A DNA stretch of 63,631 bases, the filler included, from Craspedostauros australis (Eukaryota), in the NCBI GenBank assembly GCA_030167865.1. It is 16 parts of 16 records of this genome, joined end to end, with 100 filler letters (N's around TTAATTAATTAA, not from the genome) between each part and the next. Parts side by side here need not be neighbours in the genome. Positions count along the whole stretch, not along the records: positions 13,042 to 30,050 come from JALAGF010004466.1; positions 30,151 to 32,053 come from JALAGF010004467.1; positions 32,154 to 34,097 come from JALAGF010004468.1; 13 more parts are not named here. One strand, 5' to 3'. Under the pieces are notes generated by a model. That model was not told the DNA's origin. It did no database searches and saw only the letters and a list, made by a program, of their open reading frames with translations. Position 1 is the stretch's first letter, and the number at the start of each line of letters is the position of its first letter. A program made the translations under genes and the position numbers. Below are positions 22,301 through 34,197 of this stretch, in pieces.

Positions 22301-25300
22301 CGCCTCGGGCACTTATCCTTTAGTCGAGTGAAGTTCCTACTGCGATCAGGTGTGCTCACAGGGTCCGAATCATCAAAGAAGATGCACACGGCAGCTGCCA
22401 AAGTGATAAGTCTCCCCCTCTGCGCTGCATGCCAGTTCGGCAAACTGCACCGCCGCCCATCACCAGGCATAACTCAGCATGTCGTCCATGACAGGCAAGG
22501 AGTTCTACGCACCGACCACTTGTTCCCGGGCCAACAAGTATCCGTCGACCACTTCGTCGGGCGCACGCCAGGACGCCTCTTCTCAGGACGAGGAAAAGGC
22601 GACCCAACTGACATGTATAAGGGTGGAGCCATCTTCGTAGACCACGCTTCGGGCTACATCCACGTGGAACCCGTGGCCGCTCTCACGACTCATGCTACTC
22701 TAGAAGCAAAAGAGAAGTTCGAGCTTATGTGCCGCGATGTGGGCGTACCCGTCAGATCCTACCTCTCGGACAATGCAACCACATTCACATCGCCAGAATA
22801 CACGAGACACCTCGAGGCCTTCCATCAGGTCCACCGGTTCGCTGACGTAGGGGCTCATCACCACAACGGGATAGCTGAAAGAAGCATCCGAACTATTGTG
22901 TCAATGGCTAGGACCATGATGATGCACCAAAGCATCCACTGGCCAGACATCTTCGACGCGCAACTGTGGCCGATGGCCGTGGTACACGCGGCTTACATCT
23001 ACAACCGCGTTCCTAACCCGGCTACAGGACTAACCCCCTACGACATACTTGCCCGTATCCGACTTCCGCTCAAGCAACTACACAACCTACATGTGTGGGG
23101 CAGCCCCGTCTATGTCTTGAACAAAGCGCTGGCTGATGGACGCAAAATTCCACGCTGGGAACCAAGAGGCGAACGATACGTGAACATGGGTCTCTCAACA
23201 AAGCACGCGTCCACGGTTCCTCTGGTACTGTCGCTACGAACCGGATCCATCACACCGCAATTTCATGCCGTGTTCGACGATTGGTTCGCCACTATATCAA
23301 CGGACCCCAAGCACTTGCCCGACTATCAATCCGAAGAATGGACGCGGATGTTTGGAGACACGACGTTCCAGTACCCATTCGACGAAGACGATGCGGAAGC
23401 CATGGAACAGGAGGAAACTTTCGCGTCGGATGCCGTCGATCAGGAAAGACTGCAACGCAATGACGCCCCTGCCCCAGAAACCTCTCCACCAGCTGTATAC
23501 CAACTACCACCCGAAAAACGGGAATCGGGAACGAGTTCGGTACCTCCAAGCGAAGAGCTCCTGGTGACCCTGCCGGTGGTTGACGCCCTCAGCGACACTC
23601 CGACTCCTCCGATGCAAGCCTCAGAGGGAGAGGTGCCACGGATGCAGCCAACTGAGGGAGCCGTAAAGAGCTTTCCAGAAATTGAGCAAGCAGAGCAACC
23701 GACTCCGCGGATTCTACGACCGGAACTCACACCGGTACCGCCGATCGCCTTGAAGCACGAACCGGCTTCCCCAACCTACACGCGAACATCTTCTCCAGCC
23801 CCCATCACCGACGAAGCTGCTCCAGCACAAAGGCCGCGGAGCACACGAGCGCGCAAACAACCCCTGCGTTTCACCTACCAACGCTTAGGAGGCAAAGCCG
23901 CGTGGCTGGACGACGAGGACGCCGAGGAGTACTACTTCTGTCCAGCGGTAGCTAGCATGCATGAGGACGAAAACGATGAGACAGCGATTCAACTACACCC
24001 TGACTCATCCTCTCTGATGACGTTCTCACATGCTATTCTCGATTGCCTTCAAACGATTGAACCCCTCCAACGAAAAGGCACTGACTCTCTCTCCATCGAC
24101 CTTCACCAATTCAAGGTGGACGCCCACTACCTTCTACGTCGATTGAGGCTGCGTTTCAAAACTTTGAACCCGCACGCCCCAAATCGTTCGCTCCCACCGC
24201 TTGAGCCAAAGCACGACAACCGCAAAACGGAAGCCTACGTCAACATGGCCGATTGGTGGGTCCCCGACCCCGACGCCATGAACGATGAAGGCCTCATCAA
24301 CTTCGATGAGGTCTACGAGGGTCTCTATAACGACACGAAAGCGTACTTCGACGAAGGTCTCAACCAACTCATCTGCAGCGAAAGCAACAGGATCCTACTG
24401 ACGAACTACGCAGTAGAGAAGCTCATCAACAAGCTTAGCGAATTCATCCGCACTGGTGCTACAAGCCCTGACTTCGACGCCCTGGACTTCCTGCGACACG
24501 CAAAGAGAGGCGGATGGCACAAAGATGACATCGAGACCTCGCTACGTGCAGGCTTGCTGCCACCGAAGAGCAACACCAACGCCAGCACCCTGTGGAAGCG
24601 AGCACAGTCCGTGTGGACCGAGATCGGCCACCACCCTCGCGCTCGTCTGATGTACGAACTGCTCCGACGACAGATCACCACCCTGCGCCCTGGACCTTGG
24701 CCATTGCCGAATGAACGCGATGTGGATGAGTTTGCTCTTGAGTTGTGGCCTTTCAACGCAAAACCGCTGTTGACAGAACCCAACACACGAAATACGGACA
24801 ACAACGCATCACCACATTCGCTTCTGCGCGTCGACCCGACAACGATCCTCGACACCAAGCACATCATCCCGTCAGCCAACTGGGCCAACATCGAGCAACA
24901 TGCATACGCTGCATCACTCGTCGAACCCAGCTCGGATGCGACCAACTACCCTATCTATGTGGACGGCCACATGATGAGTTACTTCGTTACAGGCGGGGAC
25001 TTCAACATTGCTGAACGCTTGGCAGCCTACAAAGCATCAACCAACGATCCAGACACTCTCTCCTTCGATGAAGCACTGAAGGACAACAACAAAGAAGAGT
25101 GGATGCAAGCCGCAAGCAAGGAGATCAAGGAACTCACCGAAAAGGGTACTTGGGAAGAAGTGGACAGTACCCGCATCTTCGACACAGTCTACCCTGGAAC
25201 GTGGGTCTTCCATCGCAAGCGCCTTCCTGATGGCACCATCAAGAAATACAAAGGACGCTGGTGTTGCCGAGGCAATCTTATGAAAGAAGACGCCTCCACC

Positions 25301-25740
25301 TACACTCCGGTCGTGGCATGGTCGTCCGTCCGTATCTTCCTGAGCACCGCCATCGTGATGGGCTGGCCCACGACTTCGATGGACTTCACCAACGCCTTTG
25401 TCCAGGCCAAGATCCACAAGCCTGTCTACCTCTGTCTCCCGCGTGGGTTCAAATCCAGCAAAGGCGCCAACACGTGCCTCAAGCTCAACAAAAGCTTATA
25501 CGGTTTGACTATTGCTCCACGCCTCTGGTATGATCACCTCATTAAGGCACTCCTTGGTGAAGGCTTCAAGGCATGCGATCAGGAACAGTGCCTGTTCATT
25601 AAGCCGGAGATTATGATCGTACTCTACGTCGACGACGCCGGCATCGCGTCCAAAACGCAAAAGGTGGCAGACGAATTCATCGTGTCGATGCGCGGACGCG
25701 GGTTCAAGCTCACTCAAGAAGGCAGCTTCACAGAGTTCCT
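19379..25740 (+). CDS. gag-pol: Family B Ty1/copia gag-pol polyprotein, uninterrupted but truncated within RT
   Basis: Zn knuckle WCAKC..W..SHNTESH; PR LVWDSGAS; WHYRLGH..CAAC; IN VSVDHF, SDNA, HHNGIAER; RT DPDTLSF, DFTNAFVQA, KSLYGL, YVDDAG. Homology ends at EGSFTEFL (25740). Confidence 0.93.
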
Positions 25741-26007
25741 AATAGAGCCCAAACGTAATGGCTGTTGTCTGGTAGGCTGTTGTTAGCTGTAGGGCAGAGG
25801 CTTGATTGGCAAGCGGTCCGAACGAGAGTCTTCTGTTCCACAAGTAGTCGATTGAGAATACTGGTAGATGGTGAAGAAACGTGCGGATTATGTGATTGTG
25901 CAATTATTCTTGTTGGTGTGACACCCTGTGTGGGTTGCCCTGGAAAATGGTCGTCGGGTTTGCATAGCCCAAGTACCACAGGAGGGGGCCCTTTTGTTGG
26001 GTTGCTG

Positions 26008-29000
26008 TCAGAAACGGGCCGTAGGGTTTGCGTAGCTCCAGTACCATGGGAGAGTTTCCTTCATGGAGTTGGAAGCTGGGCGAAGGTCATCTTGCGTGTA
26101 CTCCCACGTGGAACTGTACCGTCGATCCAGCAGTCTTGTATCGGCATCAAGTTTTTGGTGGGGAGGGGTTCCGGTGACCCAGTCATTGGGACCCTTTTTC
26201 CATGGGTCCTGGACTTCAAAGAGTTTCTTCGAAGACTTGTGCCTGCTCCAAACGTGGTAATGTCCGAAACGTGGTTCAGACCGATTCGTGGGAAAACGAG
26301 TCATGTGTTCCGGGAAATCCTTCCTTAGCCTAACTGCTAGTTTAGCTCTATTACTCCCCTTCATCTCACGTCGCAACGTGAGTTGACTGGAAGCAAGAAA
26401 GCTAATCGTAGCGTTGACCGTGGTGCAGCCCAAGATAGCAGCATGCACATTCCATGCATCAAGTTCGTCGATGTCTTCACACATGGGATCTTGGCTGTCT
26501 TCGTCCGCCAATCGTTCCAGTTCTTCGTTGAGCCTTGTGGTGATGGTGGTCTGTTGGATCTCATTGATGTGGGTCATTCCTCCACGGTGGGGGGTGGCGG
26601 TAATGTCTTGGGTGGCTTGGTCCGATCTGGGATCAGTGCGGGGGACTGCTCTGATCCTGTTGGTAGGGTCAAGGATGGGCAGATGGTTGGGCATGTAATC
26701 CATGGCTGTCGTTCGTGCCCTTGGCATGACGTTGCAGGATTGGATTCGCCTTGGGGACGGATCTGGCTCTAGCATGAGAAAATCCTTTCTGGTCCTCTTC
26801 CTTGGGTTGGTGGCCTCCTTGGCACCTGGTGCCGTCATGGGGAACGATCTTCCGGTCACCGACCCGTCTTGTGGGGTCAATGGCATTGGGTGCATATCCA
26901 AATGCTCCTCTCCCAGCCTTGGTCTGGTTGCTGGGCGTAGAGATGGGCTCGTCGCGATCTTCCTGGGCTGATTGGGAGCATCGAAGATCCTCACCATGAT
27001 CTCTGGGCTCCTGGGTGATAATGGTGTTCCCGCTGATTCATCAAGGGTCTCACCTGGGGAGTCGCCACGGTCGTCGATGTGGTTGCTGGCATGGGTGGTT
27101 TGGGTATGCGCCTGGTTTGGGTTGGCATCGTCTGGTCGGTAGATGGGTGCCGACTCCTTGATGCCCAGAGATTCTGACTCTGGCATGTCCTTCTTGTTGG
27201 AAGGATCTGGGGCCTTCCGGGGCGTTCTAGACTTGTCAATGTAGAATCCCCTATCATGAGTACCGGTCAAGATCTTGGGTGGTGGCGACGCATGTTGGAA
27301 GCGTTGGACTGGTGGCCTGGGGATGGGCAACGACCTGGTGACGATTCCTTGTGCAATTGCAGCTTCCGTGTCAGTGGTTTCCCTTGGCTTGGCTGCGCTG
27401 GTTGCTGCGGGTTCCTGATCAATGTACCCTTCTGGAACCTCTGGTACGAATTGCCCATTGACTGTCTCTCCTTCCTTGAGGCGGGGTTGTCGATCATCGA
27501 TTTCAGGGATGCCGTTGACTATCTCATCCTCGGTGATGGGTAGAATAGGATCCCGTTTGAGTGCTGCTTTTGGCCATTCCAAGTTCACTGCAATGGGGTC
27601 GCTCTGGTTCTGGATACTTTGTGTCTGCTTCGCTCGTGTGAGGATGGCAGGAATGCAGTTCTTCCTCAAACTGAAGACGTGGCAGGTTGATGGTCTCTGA
27701 TTCGTGGATCTATCCATGCTGGGTTTCTCTGCCCATGCGCCATCGTCAGCTGGGTAGGACCACTGTCCATCAGCGATTGCGATGCTGAGGACCTCTGTAG
27801 CCTTGAGGTCTTCATCGGGATATTCGTGGAGGGAGAGCGGGAATACGGATTGGCTGTCTGCATAGGACATGGTGTCAGCGTGGACCTTCCTGTTGCCCTT
27901 GGTACAGGTGATACGGACCCTGTGACCATCGTAGCCTGTGACAATTCCATGGAAGGTTCCCTTCTTCCTTGCAGGGTACAGTACCTGAGAGCTGAGAACG
28001 TGTTCCGGCGTGACGGAAATCCGAGGCGTCAAGCTTTCCGATGTCAATGAAAAATTGATGTCTGGCAGTGGGTTGGGTTCTGTTGCAGGATCCGTCGGAG
28101 ATGCGTCGACGGGTTGGTGACGAACATTGTCCCCTGATCCGTTACTGGGATTGCGATCGGTAGTGGTGACAAGGATGTCGGGCGTCTCGCATGCGACAAC
28201 AAAGCTCGGTGGGGCCCATCGGTTGGATTCGGCCAATGTGATTGCGATCGGTGTGACGGGTCTGGGTGGCCTTCTCTGGGACCTCTCTAGACGGGTCGGC
28301 TCCCGTCGAGTTCTCGTGAGCCAGAGGGTAGTTGACGATGGGCTGATATTCATGCGTGTTTGTTGGTACCGGATGACATTGATGTTTCTTGTATCAGCAC
28401 GTCTCTTGCTGTGGTATGATTGCGCCTCTGGTCGATCGGTTGGCAGGTCGGGGTCGTCTTCCGCTCTGGTGACCTTGGCGCGCGTTTTCGCGGGGAATAC
28501 GATTTCGTGGTGGGGCCCTGGTTCGTATATTGAGTTCCTGAGGACCGTCTTCGATGCGATGTGGCGGAAGGGGTTTTTGGAGAGTGGTTTGGTGAGGATG
28601 TCAGCGGTGTTGTTGATTGAAGCAATGCACCAGAGTACGATGATACCTGCGGCGATGCACTCTCGGGTCTGGTGGAATGCCGAGGAGCAGTGTTTCTTCT
28701 TCAAACGCGATGGAGGGACCATGGTGTTCAGAACCATTGCCTTGTTGTCTCTCATCATAATTGCTGGTCCATCAATGGGTAGTGCGAGGTCCATCAGCGT
28801 ATGTCGTAGCCCGGTTTTTGACTTCGTGGCACTCCTAGCGGGGCCCAGTTTCGATCCATGTGTGGGGTTCTCCACAGTGTCCTGTTGTTTGCAGATGGTC
28901 TTGATTTTAGATCGGTTCGTCCTGTGCGAATTGATCCTCCAAGGGATGTCCTTTCTGGCGTTGATGGTAGAGGGGGGTCGCTTCTCTTGCCTGTTCCTCC

Positions 29001-30050
29001 CATTCCCTCCCCTTTCTTCGGGCTCGTCATCCATTTGTTGGTAGGATGGTGGTCCCGACGAACAAAGAAGGTACGGCGGCCCTGGATCGGGGCCTTCCTT
29101 CTCATGGGGCTTGTGTGCCATTGGTTCGATGGAGCTGGTAGTCCTTGTGAGCTCCCCTGTCCCGGGAGGTTGCTCTTCAATGGTGGGCGCTGCATGCAGT
29201 GAGGTTCCGGCATCGTCATGCATCGGGGTTAGGCCATTCTTGTCTTGGGTTGCAATCGAAAGGTCATATTGGCCATCACGATGGTCACTCCAATTGAAGG
29301 TCTTGTCGCCTCCATCCAGGTCCTCGGTGAGATAGCAACTCCTGGGTATGTTGCATACGTGTCCACCCTGATGGTCTGGTGGGTTCCGTTCCTGTTTCGG
29401 GGTGATGTCATGTGGGGGGAGGTCCTCGTCATCTTCCATGATAGGAAGCACGTCGAATGTCATCAATGCATCCCTCATCTCCAGGTTGATGATCTTGTTT
29501 TCATCAGGCATTAGACACTGTCGTCCTGTTCCTGACATGGGGAACAATGCCCGATGTTCTGTCGAGACCATGTCGAGGACGGTTCTGCTTGCCCCGGTTT
29601 GGTGGTTCACCACTTGAAAGGAAGCCATATCGCTCGTGAACCTGATGGGGTCCAGGATGGGTTGCCGTTTCGCCAACTTGGCTGATGCTGATGGGGTTTC
29701 ACCATGGTTGGCTTCCTGATGGTGAGAGTAATCAGGTACGTGTTGCCCATGGCAAGTACNNNNNNNNNNNNNNNNNNNNNNNNNNNNNNNNNNNNNNNNN
29801 NNNNNNNNNNNNNNNNNNNNNNNNNNNNNNNNNNNNNNNNNNNNNNNNNNNNNNNNNNNNNNNNNNNNNNNNNNNNNNNNNNNNNNNNNNNNNNNNNNNN
29901 NNNNNNNNNNNNNNNGCACGTATCCCATGTGAACAGGGGCTCCAATAGGCGGGAATCCTTCTGGGTGGGGTTGCACATACGCCGTATGTGGTTGGCCATA
30001 TGCGTGAGGAGGCCCCATGTTATGTGGGTATCCATGGTATCCTTCGTTGT
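26008..30050 (-). mobile_element. Internally deleted CoDi-like copia ORF (PR C-terminus to degenerate RNase H) with a long C-terminal extension
   Basis: Post-protease motif G.Q.L..D..INLEMRDALM..LP..DIT; RNase H remnant KQQDTVENPTHGSKL..PIDGPA..RDNK..LKKKH..N.ADILTKPL at 28890-28537; no IN or RT motifs between them; frame open to 26008. An N gap lies at 29760-29915. Confidence 0.72.
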
Positions 30051-30150
30051 NNNNNNNNNNNNNNNNNNNNNNNNNNNNNNNNNNNNNNNNNNNNTTAATT
30101 AATTAANNNNNNNNNNNNNNNNNNNNNNNNNNNNNNNNNNNNNNNNNNNN

Positions 30151-30524
30151 CTGCTCTTGCATCCCAACACAGCCATGAAGGCAACATTGCCTTTGGTGGT
30201 TTCATGGCTAATAGCCATGGTCAGTTCTTCAAACACGTACTTCGCCAATGCCTTCTTGTACTCAGCCTCCTCTTTAGGAGTCATGGCACTTGGCTTCTTG
30301 GCTTCGTCGTTGTCCTTCTTCTTGCCTTTCACGGGGAGGGAAGCAACGGAGGGGACAAACGGTTCTTCCTTCACAACCACATCACCCATGTCCTTGAGAT
30401 ACAAGTCTCCATAGCCCTTGCGGTTGGCGCGGGCCAGGAACTTCGCACTCCAAGCTTTCCAGCTGGACCGCTTGCCGTCGAACATGATCATGTAACGATC
30501 AGTCTTACCTAGGAAGGATGTCAT
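30151..30524 (-). CDS. gag: Family E copia Gag N-terminus, truncated by contig end
   Basis: FDGKRSSWKAWSAKFLARANRKGY motif; near-identical to 49461-49636; downstream of a 703-bp LTR. Confidence 0.8.
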
Positions 30525-30648
30525 GGTGATGATGATGAGAGGATGTTTGTTGCTGTGATGATGGTGGTAGAAACGTAGGATTTCAATCGTAACGTTTCGA
30601 AACGTGTTGGAAATCCGGGGTTATAGTTAGTACTAAGTTCTAATCTGC

Positions 30649-31351
30649 TGTTAGAAACTGTACCGTTTTAGAACTGTGAGNACAATCTCACTTTCTCTTC
30701 NGATNTNGTTTTCTTGACAGGCATCTGTCNCGGTAACGACACGGGGCATCCTGTTGTCTCTTAGGTGCTTCCCTCTTCGTTCATCATGCTCTGTTCTTGC
30801 TTCCTTGTCTCTGCATCATCGTAGCTGTCTACGCTTGCATGGTAGGGATCTGCAGTCTTGAGCACTTGCCTATCTCATGTTTTCCATCGTTGATCTCATG
30901 ACACCGTCGTCTCATGATCGATGTCACCTTTGGTGATGTTCCAAACCTGCGGATATTCTGATCCTTTCTGATGTTCCAAACCTGCNNNNNNNNNNNNNNN
31001 NNNNNNNNNNNNNNNNNNNNNNNNNNNNNNNNNNNNNNNNNNNNNNNNNNNNNNNNNNNNNNNNNNNNNNNNNNNNNNNNNNNNNNNNNNNNNNNNNNNN
31101 NNNNNNNGGGACCTCCTGATCCGCCGTGGGTGTCTTCCTTACATTACCAGAGGACAGGCTATCCTCCTCGCGGTTATACAGGTATCAATCGTGTCCGTAT
31201 GCTTAGTCATAGTCATAATGACATGGTATACAAAGGTGTGACAAATAGTCTCTGAACATGTGATGAATAATATTCAAAGCTGTGACGAACAATGTTGGGA
31301 GGTGCGGCAATTACGGGTATTCCGACAAAGTCGTACCCTCAATTCCTAACA
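30649..31351 (-). mobile_element. Family E 5' LTR (703 bp), inserted into a family-B gag
   Basis: TGTTAGGAA...TTTCTAACA termini; collinear with 48630-49332 and the same length. Confidence 0.9.
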
Positions 31352-31914
31352 GGCCTTCGCGGGACGTTGGTGTGTAGTAGTACCAGCGTGATGGCTGTGA
31401 TCATCCAAACGTTTGCCACTGCGATATACCATCCATGTTCAACTCCCAGTGCGATGACTTGAAGCGTTGCGAAGAACAGGATTTCGCCGATGGTTCCATT
31501 GAGGTAGTTGAAGGAGGTGAAGAGGTTCCAGACTAGAGACCACCAGGTGTCTTCGTCCTGGCTGGCTGCGGCGGTGAAGCACGTCCAAGCTGCCATGTCG
31601 ATTTCGAGGTTATCAGTCTTGGGGTTCGCCTTGCCGGTTGCCTTAGGTTTGAAGTTGTCCTTGTGACTCTCTGTGTTGTGCGAGAGGCGCCATCGGCGAC
31701 ACTTGGCACACCACATGAAGGTCTTGTCGTTGACAAGCTTGCGCTGTGGCTCCCCGGGCTTGGGTGACGTGGAAGACCACCCACGATTGGAGTTACGATT
31801 GCCGTCGTGTTCTCTGCCCTTTTTGGCTGGCACCTTCGTTCCGTTCTTCTTGGCGAACCCTCTGTGTTGTTCGAGGACGTTGGCGCTGTGCTTGTTCGTG
31901 GTGTTGTTCGCGTA
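31352..31914 (-). pseudogene. gag: Fragment of a second family-B gag (Zn knuckle plus hydrophobic segment)
   Basis: High similarity to about 20698-21265 (WCAKCRRWRLSHNTESH, DTWWSLVWNLFTSF); bounded by the family-E LTR on one side and unrelated sequence on the other. Confidence 0.9.
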
Positions 31915-33540
31915 TCAACATCTAGAGCGAAATTAGGTACTCATCTCCCATGACTGAAACGTGATTCAGTATTTTTGATTCGACTCGATTTGAGAGTATC
32001 CCTTCATGACCCAGGGCCTATAGTGAATCCAAATAGCAAAAAAATTTCACGGANNNNNNNNNNNNNNNNNNNNNNNNNNNNNNNNNNNNNNNNNNNNTTA
32101 ATTAATTAANNNNNNNNNNNNNNNNNNNNNNNNNNNNNNNNNNNNNNNNNNNNCTTCAATGTCATCATCGAAGTCCATTTCTCGACCAAACACTGATGAA
32201 AGTTCCTCGCCAAAGTCGCCCATGGCCCAGTCATCGTCAAGGAAGGCATCATTTCGGAACGACCCATTGGTGTTTGATGCCATTTGCAAAGATGGGTTTT
32301 GATTCCCTTCTCCATGGCAGCTCTTGTCTGTGTTGGTGGCAGCGTTTTTGGAGAGTGCTGTCATTGTGGGTGTTGTTGTGGTTTCTGCGACGGCCTTTGC
32401 AGGAGGAGATTTCGAGGGCTTNNNNNNNNNNNNNNNNNNNNNNNNNNNNNNNNNNNNNNNNNNNNNNNNNNNNNNNNNNNNNNNNNNNNNNNNNNNNNNN
32501 NNNNNNNNNNNNNNNACCCTCACAAAAGCAAACAGATGAAGAGATCGAGTGGTTGCTTGTGAGTTGTGATGTGTTTGTGCAGCATGATCAAAGCAAAGTT
32601 CGAGGACAAGAAATGCAACAGGGCAATCGCCACCACCCCAAATGAATGTGTCCACCGAGTGGTCGGGCCCACACGTTGCCTGCATTGGAGTTGACTTACC
32701 AAAGAAGATCTTGTTCTTCACGAGCGTTTTCTTCAGCNNNNNNNNNNNNNNNNNNNNNNNNNNNNNNNNNNNNNNNNNNNNNNNNNNNNNNNNNNNNNNN
32801 NNNNNNNNNNNNNNNNNNNNNNNNNNNNNNNNNNNNNNNNNNNNNNNNNNNNNNNNNNNNNNNNNNNNNNNNNNNNNNNNNNNGAAGCGAGGGGCTCGTT
32901 TCCTTGGTGGCGTCATGATCGGTGGTTGGTTGTGTTTCTGATTTGTGTGACAAAGGGCACCTCTGCTCAACCCAAGGCTCCATTGAAGTGCACCTGCGAG
33001 AGAGCAGCAGTGTTTGGCGCAATGGATGTGTGTACGTTGGTGTGATGTGGTTTGTGTCGTCCTCATTCGCAGAGTTGGCCATGGGGTGCTGCTGTGTGGT
33101 TGCCAAGGACATGGAAGATGCTGTGCTTTGCAACGAGCAAACAACCATCGCAGCAATTTCTTNNNNNNNNNNNNNNNNNNNNNNNNNNNNNNNNNNNNNN
33201 NNNNNNNNNNNNNNNNNNNNNNNGATTGTAATTCGTGGCCATCTGAACATCAGAAAAGAAATGTCAAGAGATACTTGCATTGGCTTGAAGTGTTTTTTGT
33301 GTTCCTGTCCGTGGCAAAAGACACCGGTGCCCAAGAAGGGTGTACTGTTCCCCGTACAAACTGTAACAATGGCCGATGTCAAAGGGGCGTAACCAAGTTG
33401 CTGCAAGCGCGAAAAGCCATTCGCGGGATGGCGACAACGCGAAGGAGGGCCAATGTTCGTCTTCGGAACCACAATGCGTAGGTACAGCATCGGTCCTTCG
33501 TTCACAAGGCACTTTTTNCGCTTGCGTTGAAAGCGTACTT

Positions 33541-33885
33541 GGTCCTACGGTGACAACGCACTTTTTGCGCTTCTGTTAAAGGCATAATCGGTCCTACGAT
33601 CACAACGCACTTTTTGCGCTTCTGGTAAAGGCATACTTGGTCCTACAATCACAACGCACTTTTGCGCTTCTGTTAAAGGCATACTTGGTCCTAGGATCAT
33701 AACGCACTTTTGCGCTTCTGTTAAAGGCATACTTGGTCCTATGATCATAACACACTTTTGCACTTCTGTTAAATGCATAATCGGTCCTACAATCATAATG
33801 CACTTTTGCGCTTCTGTTAAAGGCATAATCGGTCCTACGATCATAACGCACTTTTGCGCTTCTGTTAAAGGCATACTTGGTCCTA
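33541..33885. repeat. 48-bp tandem repeat, at least 7 copies, running into an N gap
   Basis: GGTCCTACGATCATAACGCACTTTTGCGCTTCTGTTAAAGGCATA(A/C)T(C/T) starting at 33541, 33590, 33639, 33687, 33735, 33783, 33831 and 33879. Confidence 0.93.
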
Positions 33886-34197
33886 NNNNNNNNNNNNNNN
33901 NNNNNNNNNNNNNNNNNNNNNNNNNNNNNNNNNNNNNNNNNNNNNNNNNNNNNNNNNNNNNNNNNNNNNNNNNNNNNNNNNNNNNNACGCAATATTTGAG
34001 TGTATGGAGCGCGGGAAAGGATGAATTAACGTCTATGCCGGGTTCACAAGGGCTAATTTGGCCTTATGAATCACTTTTTGAGGGTGAAAATTGCGTTNNN
34101 NNNNNNNNNNNNNNNNNNNNNNNNNNNNNNNNNNNNNNNNNTTAATTAATTAANNNNNNNNNNNNNNNNNNNNNNNNNNNNNNNNNNNNNNNNNNNN

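Noticed and set aside
31915..32053. AT-rich sequence abutting the family-B gag fragment after a TA, possibly a Tc1/mariner-type end
   Set aside because: Only one end is visible before the contig break, so no TIR partner or TSD can be tested.
32154..33500. Gap-ridden minus-strand ORFs (352 aa, 269 aa)
   Set aside because: Their length is inflated by N runs and the readable parts show no identifiable domain.
33541..33885. CRISPR-like appearance of the 48-bp, ~195-bp and ~244-bp arrays
   Set aside because: Units are contiguous with no unique spacers, there are no cas genes, and the context is eukaryotic.
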